A stretch of 64,000 nucleotides of DNA from Carpediemonas membranifera BICM (GCA_019828565.1 JAHDYR010000005.1:1776871-1840870); one strand, 5' to 3'. Numbered from the stretch's first letter, positions 1-10,413 are shown. Program-made: numbers and translations. Notes: generated by a model not told the origin, from the letters alone.

Positions 1-2136
1 TTTCTACATCTGAAGCTGGCCTATAGACTGCGGAAAGGCCAGTTCGTCAGGGCAATAACGCCGCTTTTGCTCGACATCATCAGTGGCGAAAGGTACACTG
101 AGATCCTCTCCCATGCCCGGCTAGTTGCGCTACCGAAGGGGGCGGGCAACGTGCGCCCCATCGCCATGGGCGAGTGTCTACGCCGCGTGGCCGGGAAGGC
201 TTTGGCCCGCGTGGTTGGCCTGCGCCTTGCCGCGGACGGGGTCTGCTCTGGCCAGTATGGACTGGGCGAGCCCTGTGGTCTTGACTGTATGGCTGACCTT
301 CTGGCAGAGAGGTATGCAGCAGGCGACCAGGTATGTGCCGTCGACATGACTAACGCATATGGAACGGTGTCCAGGCAGCACCTCCGGGACGTCGCAGAGG
401 CCTGGGTTCCCGCCCTGCTGCCGTACCTTGAGGTCATGTACCGTCAGGGTCGTCTGATCACCCCTACAGGACTCGTCATTCCGTCCAGGGAAGGGGTACA
501 GCAGGGGGATCCCATCTCTCCTGTCCTCTTCTCCCTGGCCATGAAACCTGTGCTAGACCAGCTGCGGTCTGAATTCCCGGACTGCGACCTGGTTGCATAC
601 CAGGATGATGCATACCTTGTCGCCCCCCGCGACACACCAAGCACACGTATTGATGCCTTCTTTGCTCGATGCGCCGCACTGGCGAACGGCGTGGGTATGA
701 AGGTCAACGCGGCCAAGTGTGTTGTCATCTCGAAGTTCGGGGTTTCGGGGAACATCCGGCGCGCTGTGTGCGGAAAGGCGGTCGGTGTCCCCATTGGGGA
801 TGCTGATGGCGAGGCTGCGGTAGTCGATGAAGTGTTCTGTGGCATGGAAGCGGCCATCGAAAGAATCGTTGCGATGGTGGAAGCAGTTGGTCCTGTTTCG
901 GCCGGTGTTGCCATCAATATGCTGAGATCGTGTGTTTTGGCAATGCCTTCGGCAATCTATCGGTCTGTCTCTCCAGTTCCCCACCAATCCAGGACAATTC
1001 AGCTGGAAAGGAAAATCCTTCGAGCGATTGGCGACATCCTGCAGAAAATGGGCAGATTGCAAGTTCCTACGCAGCGTATTGCGCTTGATTACGATGATTT
1101 CGGTCTTCGTATGCCTTTGCCATCGCTCGTGTGGAAGTGTGCATTTTTGGGCACAACACACCAACTGCACACACTACGCCCCAACAGGACCGTCCCTCAC
1201 CTTGACGAGTCGCTTTTCAAGCTCGATGGCAGCGCTGTATGGCCTGAAAGTGTCGAGGCTCTCTATGAGATCGAGGCCATGAAGCCTCAGAAGAAGCTAA
1301 CCAAATTCCATAGAGATGCATGGGTGCTTGAGTTCCGCCCCAATCAGCCTGCTGACTTCGAGTTATGCCCAGATGCCGCCGTTCAGGCTCTACCGGAGTC
1401 AGCTGGCCGCCCCGCCCCCGCTGCCGGAGCACTCCGCAAGGAGGCCTCCCTCACGCCCTTGGAGCTCGATCCGGCTCCACTGGGGTCCCTCTTTGTTCCC
1501 ATTGTGCGGGCGCACCTCGACACGGCCCCATTCGAGGAGCTGCCTGAGGTCTGCCCGCTGTGCAACGCGCAAGCCATCACGTGGAAGCACGCCCTCTCGT
1601 GCCCCAACCAGACCGGAGGTGCCGACGATGCCCGCCATGACCACATTCGGGACGTTGTACAGGCCGTTGTCAGTGACGATGACATATCTGGCCGTCCAAT
1701 GGCTGACGTGAAGCCCGAGCGCTGGCTCACCCGGGCCCACCCCAGGTTCCGGCAGGTGTCTGCCAGAGCGCCCACCCGCAAGAGGGCCGACCTCAAGGTC
1801 TCTGGTGAGCGTGACGTGGTTGGCAACGTGGTCCATGACGACGTCTATGTCGATTTTTACTGTGGAGTCAACCCGCGCGCGGCTGAGCTGGAGAAGGCCA
1901 GGGAGTACCAGAACTGGGCTATTACATTTATCCCAGCCGCCACCACCGTCCTGGGTGAGACTGAGTCCCGCATCACCGAGTGCTGGGCCGTGAAGCTCTG
2001 TGAGGCGATCGCCCGCCCCCACCTGGTCCCCAGGGTCAAGCACCGCACCTTCCTCTCGGTCTGGGCAGACAACATCCGCGTCTGGTCGGACTATGTCTCC
2101 CAGTGCAAGGCCCGTTGGGCCGAGCACCACCAATAA
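1..2136 (+). mobile_element. CRE/SLACS-like (R2-superfamily, RLE-type) non-LTR retrotransposon ORF: RT + CCHC + restriction-like endonuclease, 5' end outside window
   Basis: RT motifs RPIAMGECLRR, VDMTNAYGTVSR, GVQQGDPISP, AYQDD. C-terminal CPLC..HALSC zinc knuckle followed by RHD..RADL..VDF..E.EK..EY, the RLE signature. The frame appears open from the window edge. Confidence 0.88.
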
Positions 2137-2328
2137 TCTGCCCTCCCCACAAAATGCCGGAGTCGCGACTCGGCTGACTCGGCCACTCTAGGCTGCGTCG
2201 TCCCCGAGCCCCCCTGCGCCTCCCGCCCCATCGCCGCATCGCATAACGCATCCCCTGCCCCCGCGCGAGAGTAGTTGCTCGAAATTCCGCGGAGTCGCGT
2301 GTCGTTCGGACAACCTGGGAAAGTAAAT

Positions 2329-2401
2329 TCGGCCATGGTATAGCTGGTTAGAACATAAGACTCTCACTCTTAAGACCCGGGTTCGAGTCCCGGTGGCCGA
2401 G
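2329..2401 (+). tRNA. tRNA-Glu(CTC)
   Basis: Acceptor TCGGCCA/TGGCCGA; anticodon arm TAAGA-CT[CTC]AC-TCTTA; T arm CCGGG-TTCGAGT-CCCGG; A and B boxes present. Confidence 0.92.
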
Positions 2402-2482
2402 AATTTATTCAACAATTTCAGTCGTGTCGATCAGTGTCGATTAGATTTATTTATATCTATCTCAGCTTTAAAAAATTACTTG

Positions 2483-2564
2483 GCTGTCATGGTCGAGTGG
2501 TCGAAGACGGAGGATTTAAGTCCCTCTCCAGCAATGGGCGTGGGTTCGAACCCCACTGGCAGCA
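2483..2564 (+). tRNA. tRNA-Leu(TAA)
   Basis: Acceptor GCTGTCA/TGGCAGC plus discriminator A; anticodon loop TT[TAA]GT; long variable arm; T arm GTGGG-TTCGAAC-CCCAC. Confidence 0.88.
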
Positions 2565-2580
2565 ACGGCCCCTGGGGGCA

Positions 2581-2585
2581 TTTTT
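2581..2585 (+). terminator. Pol III oligo-dT terminator after tRNA-Leu
   Basis: TTTTT about 16 nt downstream of the tRNA-Leu 3' end. Confidence 0.55.
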
Positions 2586-2614
2586 CAAAAATCTCGAGCA
2601 GGATGCCAACCTCA

Positions 2615-2672
2615 ATCCACAAAGTGTGGCTCTATAACAGAGAGCCCTCCTCTTAAATCCAACCAAAATGGG
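2615..2672. repeat. Split direct repeat B2
   Basis: ATCCACAAAGTGTGGCTCTATAAC...CCAAAATGGG, same as 2854-2911. Confidence 0.95.
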
Positions 2673-2773
2673 GGGGGGCGAGTATTTACTTCGGGTGGCT
2701 TCCCCGAGCTCTTATGACAGACCCGGGTAAATCCTCGTCTCGCGATCCGGTCAGGTCCGAAACGGCTCCGACA

Positions 2774-2911
2774 CCTGCCGATGCGTTTCGAAGTGTGACC
2801 TAAAGTGCACATTTATCGGCGCGCGCAGGTGCCAGTGATGGTCCTGTGACAGGATCCACAAAGTGTGGCTCTATAACAGAGAGCCCTCCTCTTAAATCCA
2901 ACCAAAATGGG
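2774..2911. repeat. Adjacent split direct repeats A2 (2774-2854) and B1 (2854-2911)
   Basis: A2 matches 6203-6283 and B1 matches 2615-2672. Their junction reproduces the expected circle junction. Confidence 0.95.
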
Positions 2912-3066
2912 ACAATCCCGCAAGACGTCCCTGTGGGACTAAAGCTTTGGGCCGGCGAGTCTATCTCGCCTCGACCAGAGTTAAGAATTAATGATGAATC
3001 CAGGCCGGCGAGTCCGTCTCGCCTCGGCCGTTCCCCTCGAACGCGGATGTTTAATGGAGGGGGTGG

Positions 3067-4218
3067 TTAAAAGTGGGGCCCGAGAAGGCTGAGGTTCATC
3101 CTCCTGGTGAGGTCCTCGTTTGTTCTGATGGCGTCAGCGATATAGCTGCGGAGGGAGGTGACGTCCTTCCATGTGCCCATTGAGAGGATCACCTCCAGCG
3201 GGACTCCTGATAGAGCCATCTCCGACGCTGCCCCCTTACGGAAGCTGTGGAGACCCGTCCGTGGACCGAACAACGCCTTCACGACTCGTCGGAGGTGTGC
3301 GGCTGTGAGCGGTTTGTCTCTGCTCAGGCGCCCGTTGACTATGACTCGCCAGATGGGGGTGTCATCAGCCAGGTAGTGTGTGCCCTCGACCCAGCGTCTA
3401 AGTGCCAAGGCCGGGTTGAAGGCGGCTGATAGCCATACGTATGGTACGCGCTTCTTAACTCCCGTTAGGATGGTCTTGGTCCGCTGAATGTGTAGGAGAA
3501 TGTCGCCGTTCTTGAGTAGCTCCAGGTCGGCCGGGCATAGGGAGAGTATCTCGATGCCTCTGGACACCGTCAGATAGGCGACTGCCCCAAAGAGACATGC
3601 CTGATATGACTCAAAGTCGTCACTCCGGCGCCCCAGTGCCTCGATCATCTCAGCCTTGGTGATGGCGCCCTTAGCCGCCTGCTTAACGATGTACTTGGAG
3701 TTGGCGGGCGGATGCCAGTCTTTGAGGAACTCCTGTAGCTGAACAATCCAGTAGCCCTTCCTCGCCACGTTCGATGGCCCGCAGAAGGAGCCTTCGTCCT
3801 TGAGGAAGGCTACAAGCTGGTCTCGATCCGACAGGCTGCGATCGCGAGAGCCTTCGAACCTGGCCACCCAGCCGGCCACCGTCCGAGCAGACGCGTGATT
3901 AAGGTGAATCACTCTGTCCGACCTGAGGACTCTGTGGAAAACGTCCTGAACGCCATCACATTGAACCGTAGGCGTCCTCTGTCCTGTAGGTGAAGTAGGT
4001 GGGCCAGATCTGAGCTCGAAGCCGGGACGGAGAGACGGAGTTTCCAGGACGTCCAACTCTTGAGGAGTCTCATCTCCGGCGCTTGAACCTCTGGGTAGAG
4101 GAGAAAGACTGCTGAGGTCCAAGACCTCGGGTGTCCAGTCTGAGTCTGAACTCTCGCTGTCGCTATCTTCTGGACTATGGCTGCCATAGACGAATTGGGG
4201 GCCCAGAGGACGCGACAT
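3067..4218 (-). CDS. Tyrosine recombinase of the DIRS-like element (likely ATG 4218; frame open to 5784)
   Basis: Catalytic residues R (SRGIEIL), K (RTKT), HxxR (GLHSFRKGAA), W and Y (MGTWKDVTSLRSY). Confidence 0.88.
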   Translation of the reverse strand: MSRPLGPQFVYGSHSPEDSDSESSDSDWTPEVLDLSSLSPLPRGSSAGDETPQELDVLETPSLRPGFELRSGPPTSPTGQRTPTVQCDGVQDVFHRVLRSDRVIHLNHASARTVAGWVARFEGSRDRSLSDRDQLVAFLKDEGSFCGPSNVARKGYWIVQLQEFLKDWHPPANSKYIVKQAAKGAITKAEMIEALGRRSDDFESYQACLFGAVAYLTVSRGIEILSLCPADLELLKNGDILLHIQRTKTILTGVKKRVPYVWLSAAFNPALALRRWVEGTHYLADDTPIWRVIVNGRLSRDKPLTAAHLRRVVKALFGPRTGLHSFRKGAASEMALSGVPLEVILSMGTWKDVTSLRSYIADAIRTNEDLTRRMNLSLLGPHF

Positions 4219-5705
4219 CCAAGCCTTACGTCTACGTCCGTTGAGACTGTCTGGACTGGACCCCACTCCGCGAGGACAGATTCCATGCTGGACTCCAGAG
4301 AGGAAGGGAGTCGTGAGAAGCCTCTGGACAGCCGATCTGCTGCCAGGTTGATGATGCCCGGAGTGTGTAGTCCACGGAGTGTCAGGTTCCGGTCCTCCGC
4401 CTCCTTCTGGATCTGGGCTAGAATGTGCAGGGCCTGAGGTGGAGCCTTCGTAGACCCCGCCTTGTTGAGCCAGGCCAGAGCTGATGTGTTGTCTGAGAAG
4501 ATCGATAGCTCGCGTTGGGAACTCTGTCTGCCGATCAGACGGATGCCCTGTAGGATTCCCGCGAGCTCCTTCACGTTGATAGATTCTGCTCTTAGTTCTG
4601 GAGTGAACGTGCCCGAGGCTGAGGTCCCATACTCGCCGTGCACGGCTGCTCCCCACTTGACTCCAGATGCGTCTGTCGATACGACGAGGTCTAAGGAGGG
4701 GTGAGCGCCCCAAAGCGACTGAAGTTCTCTGATGTCTCGGACTGGGCGCTCTCTTAGCAGTAGCAGCCACTCTTGCAGTAGCTCCTTGGAGAGTGGGTCC
4801 TGTTGAAGGTGTCTCAGCCGGAGGAAAACCCCGTGGGCGGTTGTAGCGAAGTAAGTCAGTCTCCCGAGGATCTTGGCCCAAGTCTCCTGATCGATGGTCT
4901 TGCCTGCCAGAGCCTGATGAATGTGAGAGGAGTAACGTTTGGCCTTGTCCGCCGGGAGGCGTATTGTAAAACTCGCGGAGTCTATCACGAGCCCCAGATA
5001 GACCAATGACTGAGTCGGTGCCCATTCTGACTTCTCCTCTGAGGTGAGGACACAGAGGTCGGCTAGAGTCCGCCTGATGCGCGGCACCGCCCTCCTCAGG
5101 ATTTCTCGGTCGCGGTGAAATAAGAGGAAGTCGTCGAGGTAGACAACGATGGTAAGACCCGTCCGAAGGGCTAGTATCTTGGCGAGTTGGTTGGTGATCG
5201 TCTGAAACACGAACGGCGATGCGCGCCAGCCGAAGCCTAGCACTCTGTACTGAAACGCTCGTCCGTCTGGAAGATAGACTCCTAGCAGCTTGCGGTCCTC
5301 CTTCCGTACTGGTACTTGATGGTACCCGGACTTGAGGTCGAACTTGACCATCCAGTCGCCCCTCTGGAGAAGGGAGAGAGCTCTGCGCAGACCGTAGAGC
5401 CGGAAGGATGAGCGCTCTGCCGAGCAGTCGTTCAGTATCGTGAGGTTGTGAATGATCCTCTTCGACTCGCCCTTCGGCACAGTAAACAGCGAGGCGGTGT
5501 GTCGCAGGGAAGAGGGATTCACTTGCTCTATGACGCCTGTCTCTATCAAGGAAGGAATCTGCTGGACAATGAATGGGTCGACTGTCGGCTGTTGCCTTGG
5601 TGCTGGTGGTTGACTTCTCAGACGGATCTCGACCCCGTATCGTAACCAGTTGATCACCCGTTGTGATGCTCCCAACCTCTGCCACTCCCTCCACGCCGCG
5701 TTCAT
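3909..5705 (-). CDS. Reverse transcriptase-RNase H of the DIRS-like element
   Basis: RT: DLKSGYHQV, LGFGWRASP, YLDD. RNase H: TDAS..WGA, INVKEL, SDNTSA, N..ADRLSR. Confidence 0.95.
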   Translation of the reverse strand: MNAAWREWQRLGASQRVINWLRYGVEIRLRSQPPAPRQQPTVDPFIVQQIPSLIETGVIEQVNPSSLRHTASLFTVPKGESKRIIHNLTILNDCSAERSSFRLYGLRRALSLLQRGDWMVKFDLKSGYHQVPVRKEDRKLLGVYLPDGRAFQYRVLGFGWRASPFVFQTITNQLAKILALRTGLTIVVYLDDFLLFHRDREILRRAVPRIRRTLADLCVLTSEEKSEWAPTQSLVYLGLVIDSASFTIRLPADKAKRYSSHIHQALAGKTIDQETWAKILGRLTYFATTAHGVFLRLRHLQQDPLSKELLQEWLLLLRERPVRDIRELQSLWGAHPSLDLVVSTDASGVKWGAAVHGEYGTSASGTFTPELRAESINVKELAGILQGIRLIGRQSSQRELSIFSDNTSALAWLNKAGSTKAPPQALHILAQIQKEAEDRNLTLRGLHTPGIINLAADRLSRGFSRLPSSLESSMESVLAEWGPVQTVSTDVDVRLGCRVLWAPNSSMAAIVQKIATARVQTQTGHPRSWTSAVFLLYPEVQAPEMRLLKSWTSWKLRLSVPASSSDLAHLLHLQDRGRLRFNVMAFRTFSTESSGRTE

Positions 5706-5719
5706 GCATGGAAAGAGGG

Positions 5720-6202
5720 TTAGGTGTGGGCTCTCTTGCCGGAGGATCCTGTCTGAGTGCGACCTCGGTCCTGAGCGCGGCCACCGCGGCGAAAATTAGC
5801 GTCGCGCTTATCGCCCTTAGACTTGGCGCGGGCCGCCAGTTCCAGGACCTCGTCGCGATCAGGCACGCCCTTCGCCTTGCAATAGTTCTCGAACCGCTCT
5901 GCAGTAGCGTCAGTGTACACGTCCTTGATTAGAAGGTACTGGATTCTTGCAAAGAGAATGTTCCCGATCTCCTTCATCTTTGCGCCGTTCTCGATCCTAT
6001 TCATGGTCTTGTATACGAATCTGGCCTCATCTTCGAGGCCGAACCTCTTTGGCATCTCCAGGAACAGTGGACGGCGAGCTGCTTCTGCTTGCTGCTCCAA
6101 AATTGCTTCCGATTGTATCTTAACCAAGCGCTCCAGCTTCTCGATACGCTTGTTAAGCTCATCGGGACTGTCTTGCGGCGGCAGGTCTTCGTTATCAGAC
6201 AT
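5720..6202 (-). CDS. gag-like ORF1 of the DIRS-like element
   Basis: First ORF after repeat A1; N-terminal coiled coil; ATG at 6202 (MSDNED). Confidence 0.7.
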   Translation of the reverse strand: MSDNEDLPPQDSPDELNKRIEKLERLVKIQSEAILEQQAEAARRPLFLEMPKRFGLEDEARFVYKTMNRIENGAKMKEIGNILFARIQYLLIKDVYTDATAERFENYCKAKGVPDRDEVLELAARAKSKGDKRDANFRRGGRAQDRGRTQTGSSGKRAHT

Positions 6203-6283
6203 CCTGCCGATGCGTTTCGAAGTGTGACCTAAAGTGCACATTTATCGGCGCGCGCAGGTGCCAGTGATGGTCCTGTGACAGGA
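6203..6283. repeat. Split direct repeat A1 (element 5' terminus)
   Basis: Same as 2774-2854. Ends in the palindrome TCCTGT-G-ACAGGA and directly abuts the gag ATG. Confidence 0.95.
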
Positions 6284-6804
6284 GACAATCTGGCGCAGCT
6301 AGCTCTCCTAGCCTCATGTCATTCTTTCGAGATAACTAAACCAACGGGGGGGGGGCACTTATTTACTTGCTTCTCGTTGTAGCGCCACTAACAGTGCTCC
6401 TACCTATACTCCTACTCTATTCCAAGGGGAGGCAAGTATTAATTCTCTGATTGGAATTCGCAGTTTCCTGCCGCGATCTGTGAATGAGGCAGACGTCCCG
6501 TGTCCGAAGTCTCGTCGGCCATTCGAACTGGCCATCCTGATTCGATCGCACGACATGCCGGAACCGAGGGTCGATTTTGCTTTTGTCCTTGACTTGGCGA
6601 CTCCGCGCCAAAATCGAGCGACCGAATTTTGCGTCCGCGCTCCCTGCGCTGGAGTCGCGTCGGCGCATCTACGCGCCCTATCACTCGCAGAGTACTCCTC
6701 TCTCCTAAAAGTGCACTTGAAGTTGCCAAAAGCGCCAATTCGAGCTGACGCACTCCTTAGCGAAAGTCCCACCATATGTATGCATTTATCAATCCCACAA
6801 TAAA

Positions 6805-8076
6805 TCAGTGCGAGTGGTAGTTATAGCCGAAGAACTCGTAGTCCTGCATGAGGACGGGCGCGAGAAGCCCCCATAGGTAGAGCCCCGCGGACACCAGCAC
6901 AGCGACGAGTACGGCGACGGGGACGTACCAGGCGAAGGTGCCACTGCCGAGGGTGCCGAATGCGACGGGAATGGAGGCCGCTGCCAGGGCGAGTACGAGG
7001 TGGAATCGCCAGTAGGGGTACGAGATGTCGGCGCCGGACTCGGGATCGTCGTCCTCGCCGGAGTCGTAGCCCTCGAGGTCGTCAGCCTTGAGGTCGGCCT
7101 GTGCGAAGAGAGGCTTGAAGGAGACGGTCGAGACGCACGCCGTGATGATGGCGATGATCAGGAAAACGCCGCCCCAGATGGTGTGCACGAACTTGAAGAC
7201 GGTGTTGAATAGGGAGCCGAAGATGTAGTTCAGCCAGTAGTTGTTGAACAGAGAACCGAACTGCAGGGGGCAATAGGACAGGTTGTCGACGGCCACCTTA
7301 CGGAGGAACGGGTTGATGATGTGTCCCCAGAACTCGGCGTTCGCGGAGATGGCGACGATAACGAGGAAGGTCAAGAAGAGCGAGATCACGGCCGCGACAA
7401 AGACGGAGCCGCGGGCGACGACGGCGGAGACGACCATGATAGTGATGACCAGGGCGATGCCGAGGGCGTAAAGGACCCAGACTGGGATGCAGAAGAAGTA
7501 AAGGACCGCCGATAGCAGGTACTGAAGGCCAGCAATGATTAGCAGCACGACGGAGGCGACGAGCAGGGCGGCCGGGGCAGCCCGCTCCATGATGGCGTTG
7601 TTGGCCCGGATGGAGAACTCGGCGAGGAGCAGGGTCTGGCACACGATGAACCCGACAGTCAGGATGAGGGCTACGGCCATCCAAGCGAACCAGGCGGGGT
7701 TGGGGATGAAGATGGTGATGATGTAGAGGATGATGAGGAGGGGGATCTTGAGCCACCACAGGCGTCTGTGGATGTTCTTGAAGCTGTGTGAGTGCTACAG
7801 AGGAGAGGGGGGGACGTACATGGTGCTGTTTGCGCTAAAGTTGGCAGCAAGTGTCAACCACATGAGGATGAAGTGGTAGACGAACAGTGAAAACGATACA
7901 CGGAGGAGGTGGAAGTATCCAATGGAGCTAGACGTGCTGAAGTAGCACCATGGCGTATAGATGAGGAATTTCCAGCAGAGCACGCCGCTTATGTGGTCCA
8001 GGATGAAGTCTGCGACGACAATCCAAAGAAGGAAGAGGAAAAACACGATTGTATAAAGAAACCGTGCGTTCTGCAT
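6805..8076 (-). CDS. Serine incorporator (Serinc/TDE/TMS1) family membrane protein, 2 exons (intron 7784-7819)
   Basis: Multi-pass TM protein. Splicing restores IFKNIHRRLWWLK; also LLRVSFSLFVYH, YPYWRFHLVLALA, YLWGLLAP. Confidence 0.82.
7784..7819 (-). other. 36-nt spliceosomal intron
   Basis: GTACGT...CACTCACACAG. Contains an in-frame TAG, and its removal joins the two Serinc ORFs. Confidence 0.82.
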
Positions 8077-8271
8077 GTTGCTCGGTGCTTTCGAGAAAGA
8101 TGTTGGGTTTCCTTCGAGTCAAACTCGGCAGCATCCAATCAGATGATGCCGGCGCCGGAGCCACGCCCAACAACCCAGCACCATCCAACACTATCCCCTC
8201 TCAATTTTACGTCATCGATCAAGCAATACCGAAACCAAGAACATTGAGAATACTGCAGGCAGACTTGAGAC

Positions 8272-9357
8272 CTACTTCAGACGGCGGCCGACGGGTTCGC
8301 GGGGGCCGTCCCGGGCGAACGTCGCGGCCATGATCATGGGCCACACGAGCGTCACCTCTGCCGTGACCTTAACGTCCTTGGCGTCGGCCTTGATCTTGCC
8401 CCAGGACTTCGCCTCGTCGAGGCTAGCACCGGCGTCAGAACCGTCGTACTCGCCCGCGGTGTTGATGACGACGGCGTAGTCAGCACCGTTCCGCATGAGG
8501 TTAGCGTTAAAGATGTGGTGCTTGACAAGGCCGCCCCCGAGGATGATCATGCCAGTGTGGGCTGCGTGGACCGCCATGAGGTTGATGCGGCGGATGTCCT
8601 CGATGATGTCCAGCTTGAGGCCGGGGTTCTTGAAGGAGTGGAAGAATAGCATGTCGCCGATGGAGCCGTCTGTCAGGGCAGGGGAGAAGACGGGGATGTT
8701 GTTCTTGTAGCACCAGTAGTACACGGAGCGCTCGTCGTTGATCTCCTTGCCGAGGCGGTGGATCATCTTGCTGGGCGTCCAGTTAATCCCCTGCTCGTTC
8801 TGCTCCACCAGCATCTGGTCGAGGATCGGGATGATCCAGTCCTCGAACAGGCAGTAGTTGTCGTTCGGCACCAGGAGGTTGCCGATGCGGTTAATGCCCT
8901 TGTCGCGGAGGTCGGCGCCGTTGAGCTGGAAGTCGCCCATGTACGTCGGGGCCAGACACTTGATAAAGTCTTCCTCGATGCCGCCCGCAGTCGAAACGAC
9001 ACAGTCGACCATCTGGTGCTGGGCAAGGTAGCGCAGGGACTCGCGGAGGCCGCAGGAGATGAGGTTGGAGGTGTATCCCAGGAAGATGGTGGTGCGGGAC
9101 TTGTCCACCTCGCAGTCGTCGTCAGCAGCCTCCTCATCGACGGGCTCGGGGTTGCGCCAGGCTCTCATCTCGTTGATGATGTTGATCGCCTTGCCCATGT
9201 TGGTGGCCTGATAGCCGCTGTGGACATAGGAGCCGAGAAGGGCCTGGAGGTCCACGCCGTTGTTGAAATCGTAGCCCTCGCACAGATCGGAGTCGATCGG
9301 CATGCTCTCGGACTGAACAAGAACAGCATCAGCCACAATCTTCGGGATTTCGCCCAT
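8272..9357 (-). CDS. DHPS: Deoxyhypusine synthase
   Basis: [57 protein letters not shown] (catalytic Lys). Confidence 0.97.
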   Translation of the reverse strand: MGEIPKIVADAVLVQSESMPIDSDLCEGYDFNNGVDLQALLGSYVHSGYQATNMGKAINIINEMRAWRNPEPVDEEAADDDCEVDKSRTTIFLGYTSNLISCGLRESLRYLAQHQMVDCVVSTAGGIEEDFIKCLAPTYMGDFQLNGADLRDKGINRIGNLLVPNDNYCLFEDWIIPILDQMLVEQNEQGINWTPSKMIHRLGKEINDERSVYYWCYKNNIPVFSPALTDGSIGDMLFFHSFKNPGLKLDIIEDIRRINLMAVHAAHTGMIILGGGLVKHHIFNANLMRNGADYAVVINTAGEYDGSDAGASLDEAKSWGKIKADAKDVKVTAEVTLVWPMIMAATFARDGPREPVGRRLK

Positions 9358-9503
9358 TTCAAGCAGTCTCGAGCTTTCGACTCGACCGACTCGAAGAAGA
9401 TTGACTGAAGATTGACTGTGCCAGAGTCAGCTCGAAATTCGAAAGCCTCTTTCTGCACCATCCATCATATCTTTATAGTGCTTGCGATTCATCAACCATG
9501 CCC

Positions 9504-10268
9504 TCACCTGATGCGGCGAGTGCCAACCATTTGCCGAGCCATAGCGATGCTCTCGGCACGGCCCCACGACCCCTTCTCCTTCCCCATGGCGGCAATCGTC
9601 TGCAGGAACCCGTCTGTGTCTGGTGTTGAGGCCGGCTGGGTCGAAGGGGCCTCCTGGGAGCAAGAGAGCGTGAGGATCTGGGTAGCCTCGGGGTCCACGG
9701 AGGCCAGCGGTGCCAGCAGCAGCTCGGCCCTGGCACTGGCGGCGCGAGTGTGGATGTCGTCGTCGGGCATGCTCCGGGCATTCGGCCGGACGTCATCGTC
9801 ATCGTCATCGGCAAGAAGCATTTCAGAGCGGCGCTTGAGAACGGGCTGGGTTGCTGATACAGGGCGAGAGGGTGCTAGGGCTGTGATGGAGCTGGTGCGG
9901 CTGAGACGGGGCGTGGTGCTGCGTCTGACGGAGGGCTTGGCGGACTTTGACCCGTTGGCTGCGGTGATCTCGCTGAAGAGGGCGTTCACATCGATGCTGG
10001 CCGGACGGGAGCTGGATTGGTCCCTTAATGCAACTGATGCAGTTCGCGCTGATTGTCTGATCATATCTAGGCGCTTGAGGCGGCGCTTTTCAGCGTTTGC
10101 CTTGGTCATCTTGCTGCGATCACGCGCGGACATGGTTGATTTCTCTTCTGACGGTTCATTTGGCTTCACTGTCGACAGTATATCAGCGAGAACGTCTTGG
10201 CTCACCATTTCGTTCGTTTCGCGCAAAGCTTGGTTTCCGCGCAAAGTCGAACGGTGTGATGGGGTCAA
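9504..10268 (-). CDS. Hypothetical low-complexity protein
   Basis: 254-codon ORF filling an intergenic gap; no recognisable motif; start uncertain. Confidence 0.5.
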   Translation of the reverse strand: MTPSHRSTLRGNQALRETNEMVSQDVLADILSTVKPNEPSEEKSTMSARDRSKMTKANAEKRRLKRLDMIRQSARTASVALRDQSSSRPASIDVNALFSEITAANGSKSAKPSVRRSTTPRLSRTSSITALAPSRPVSATQPVLKRRSEMLLADDDDDDVRPNARSMPDDDIHTRAASARAELLLAPLASVDPEATQILTLSCSQEAPSTQPASTPDTDGFLQTIAAMGKEKGSWGRAESIAMARQMVGTRRIR

Positions 10269-10413
10269 CCCCGAACCCTAGGGACGGCACAGCCCGTCTC
10301 ACATCCAAGCAAGCGCTACACATCGGCCTCATCACTGGCTATTTAGCATAAGATGACAAGAGGAAAACAGCGATCACTATCAAAACAACTCATACGAACA
10401 CCACAAATACACC

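Larger units (their letters stand above)
2615..6283 (-). mobile_element. Complete DIRS-order tyrosine-recombinase retrotransposon with split direct repeats (Ngaro/PAT-like A1-ORFs-B1-A2-B2)
   Basis: gag, RT/RNaseH and YR ORFs. Repeat A (81 bp) at 6203-6283 and 2774-2854; repeat B (58 bp) at 2854-2911 and 2615-2672. The copies read as identical. Confidence 0.92.

Noticed and set aside
2511-2525. tRNA with a TTA (ochre suppressor) anticodon, or TAR-to-Gln recoding as in hexamitid diplomonads
   Set aside because: The arm register gives TAA with G37 and a Leu-type variable arm. Conserved host genes end at TAA/TAG at their expected C-termini, so the code is standard.
2615-2911. CRISPR-like or tandem repeat array
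   Set aside because: Only two copies of each repeat exist, fully explained as split direct repeats of the YR retrotransposon.
7795-7819. Shorter 25-nt intron ending at TGTAG
   Set aside because: It does not restore the Serinc frame; the CTCACACAG acceptor at 7784 does.
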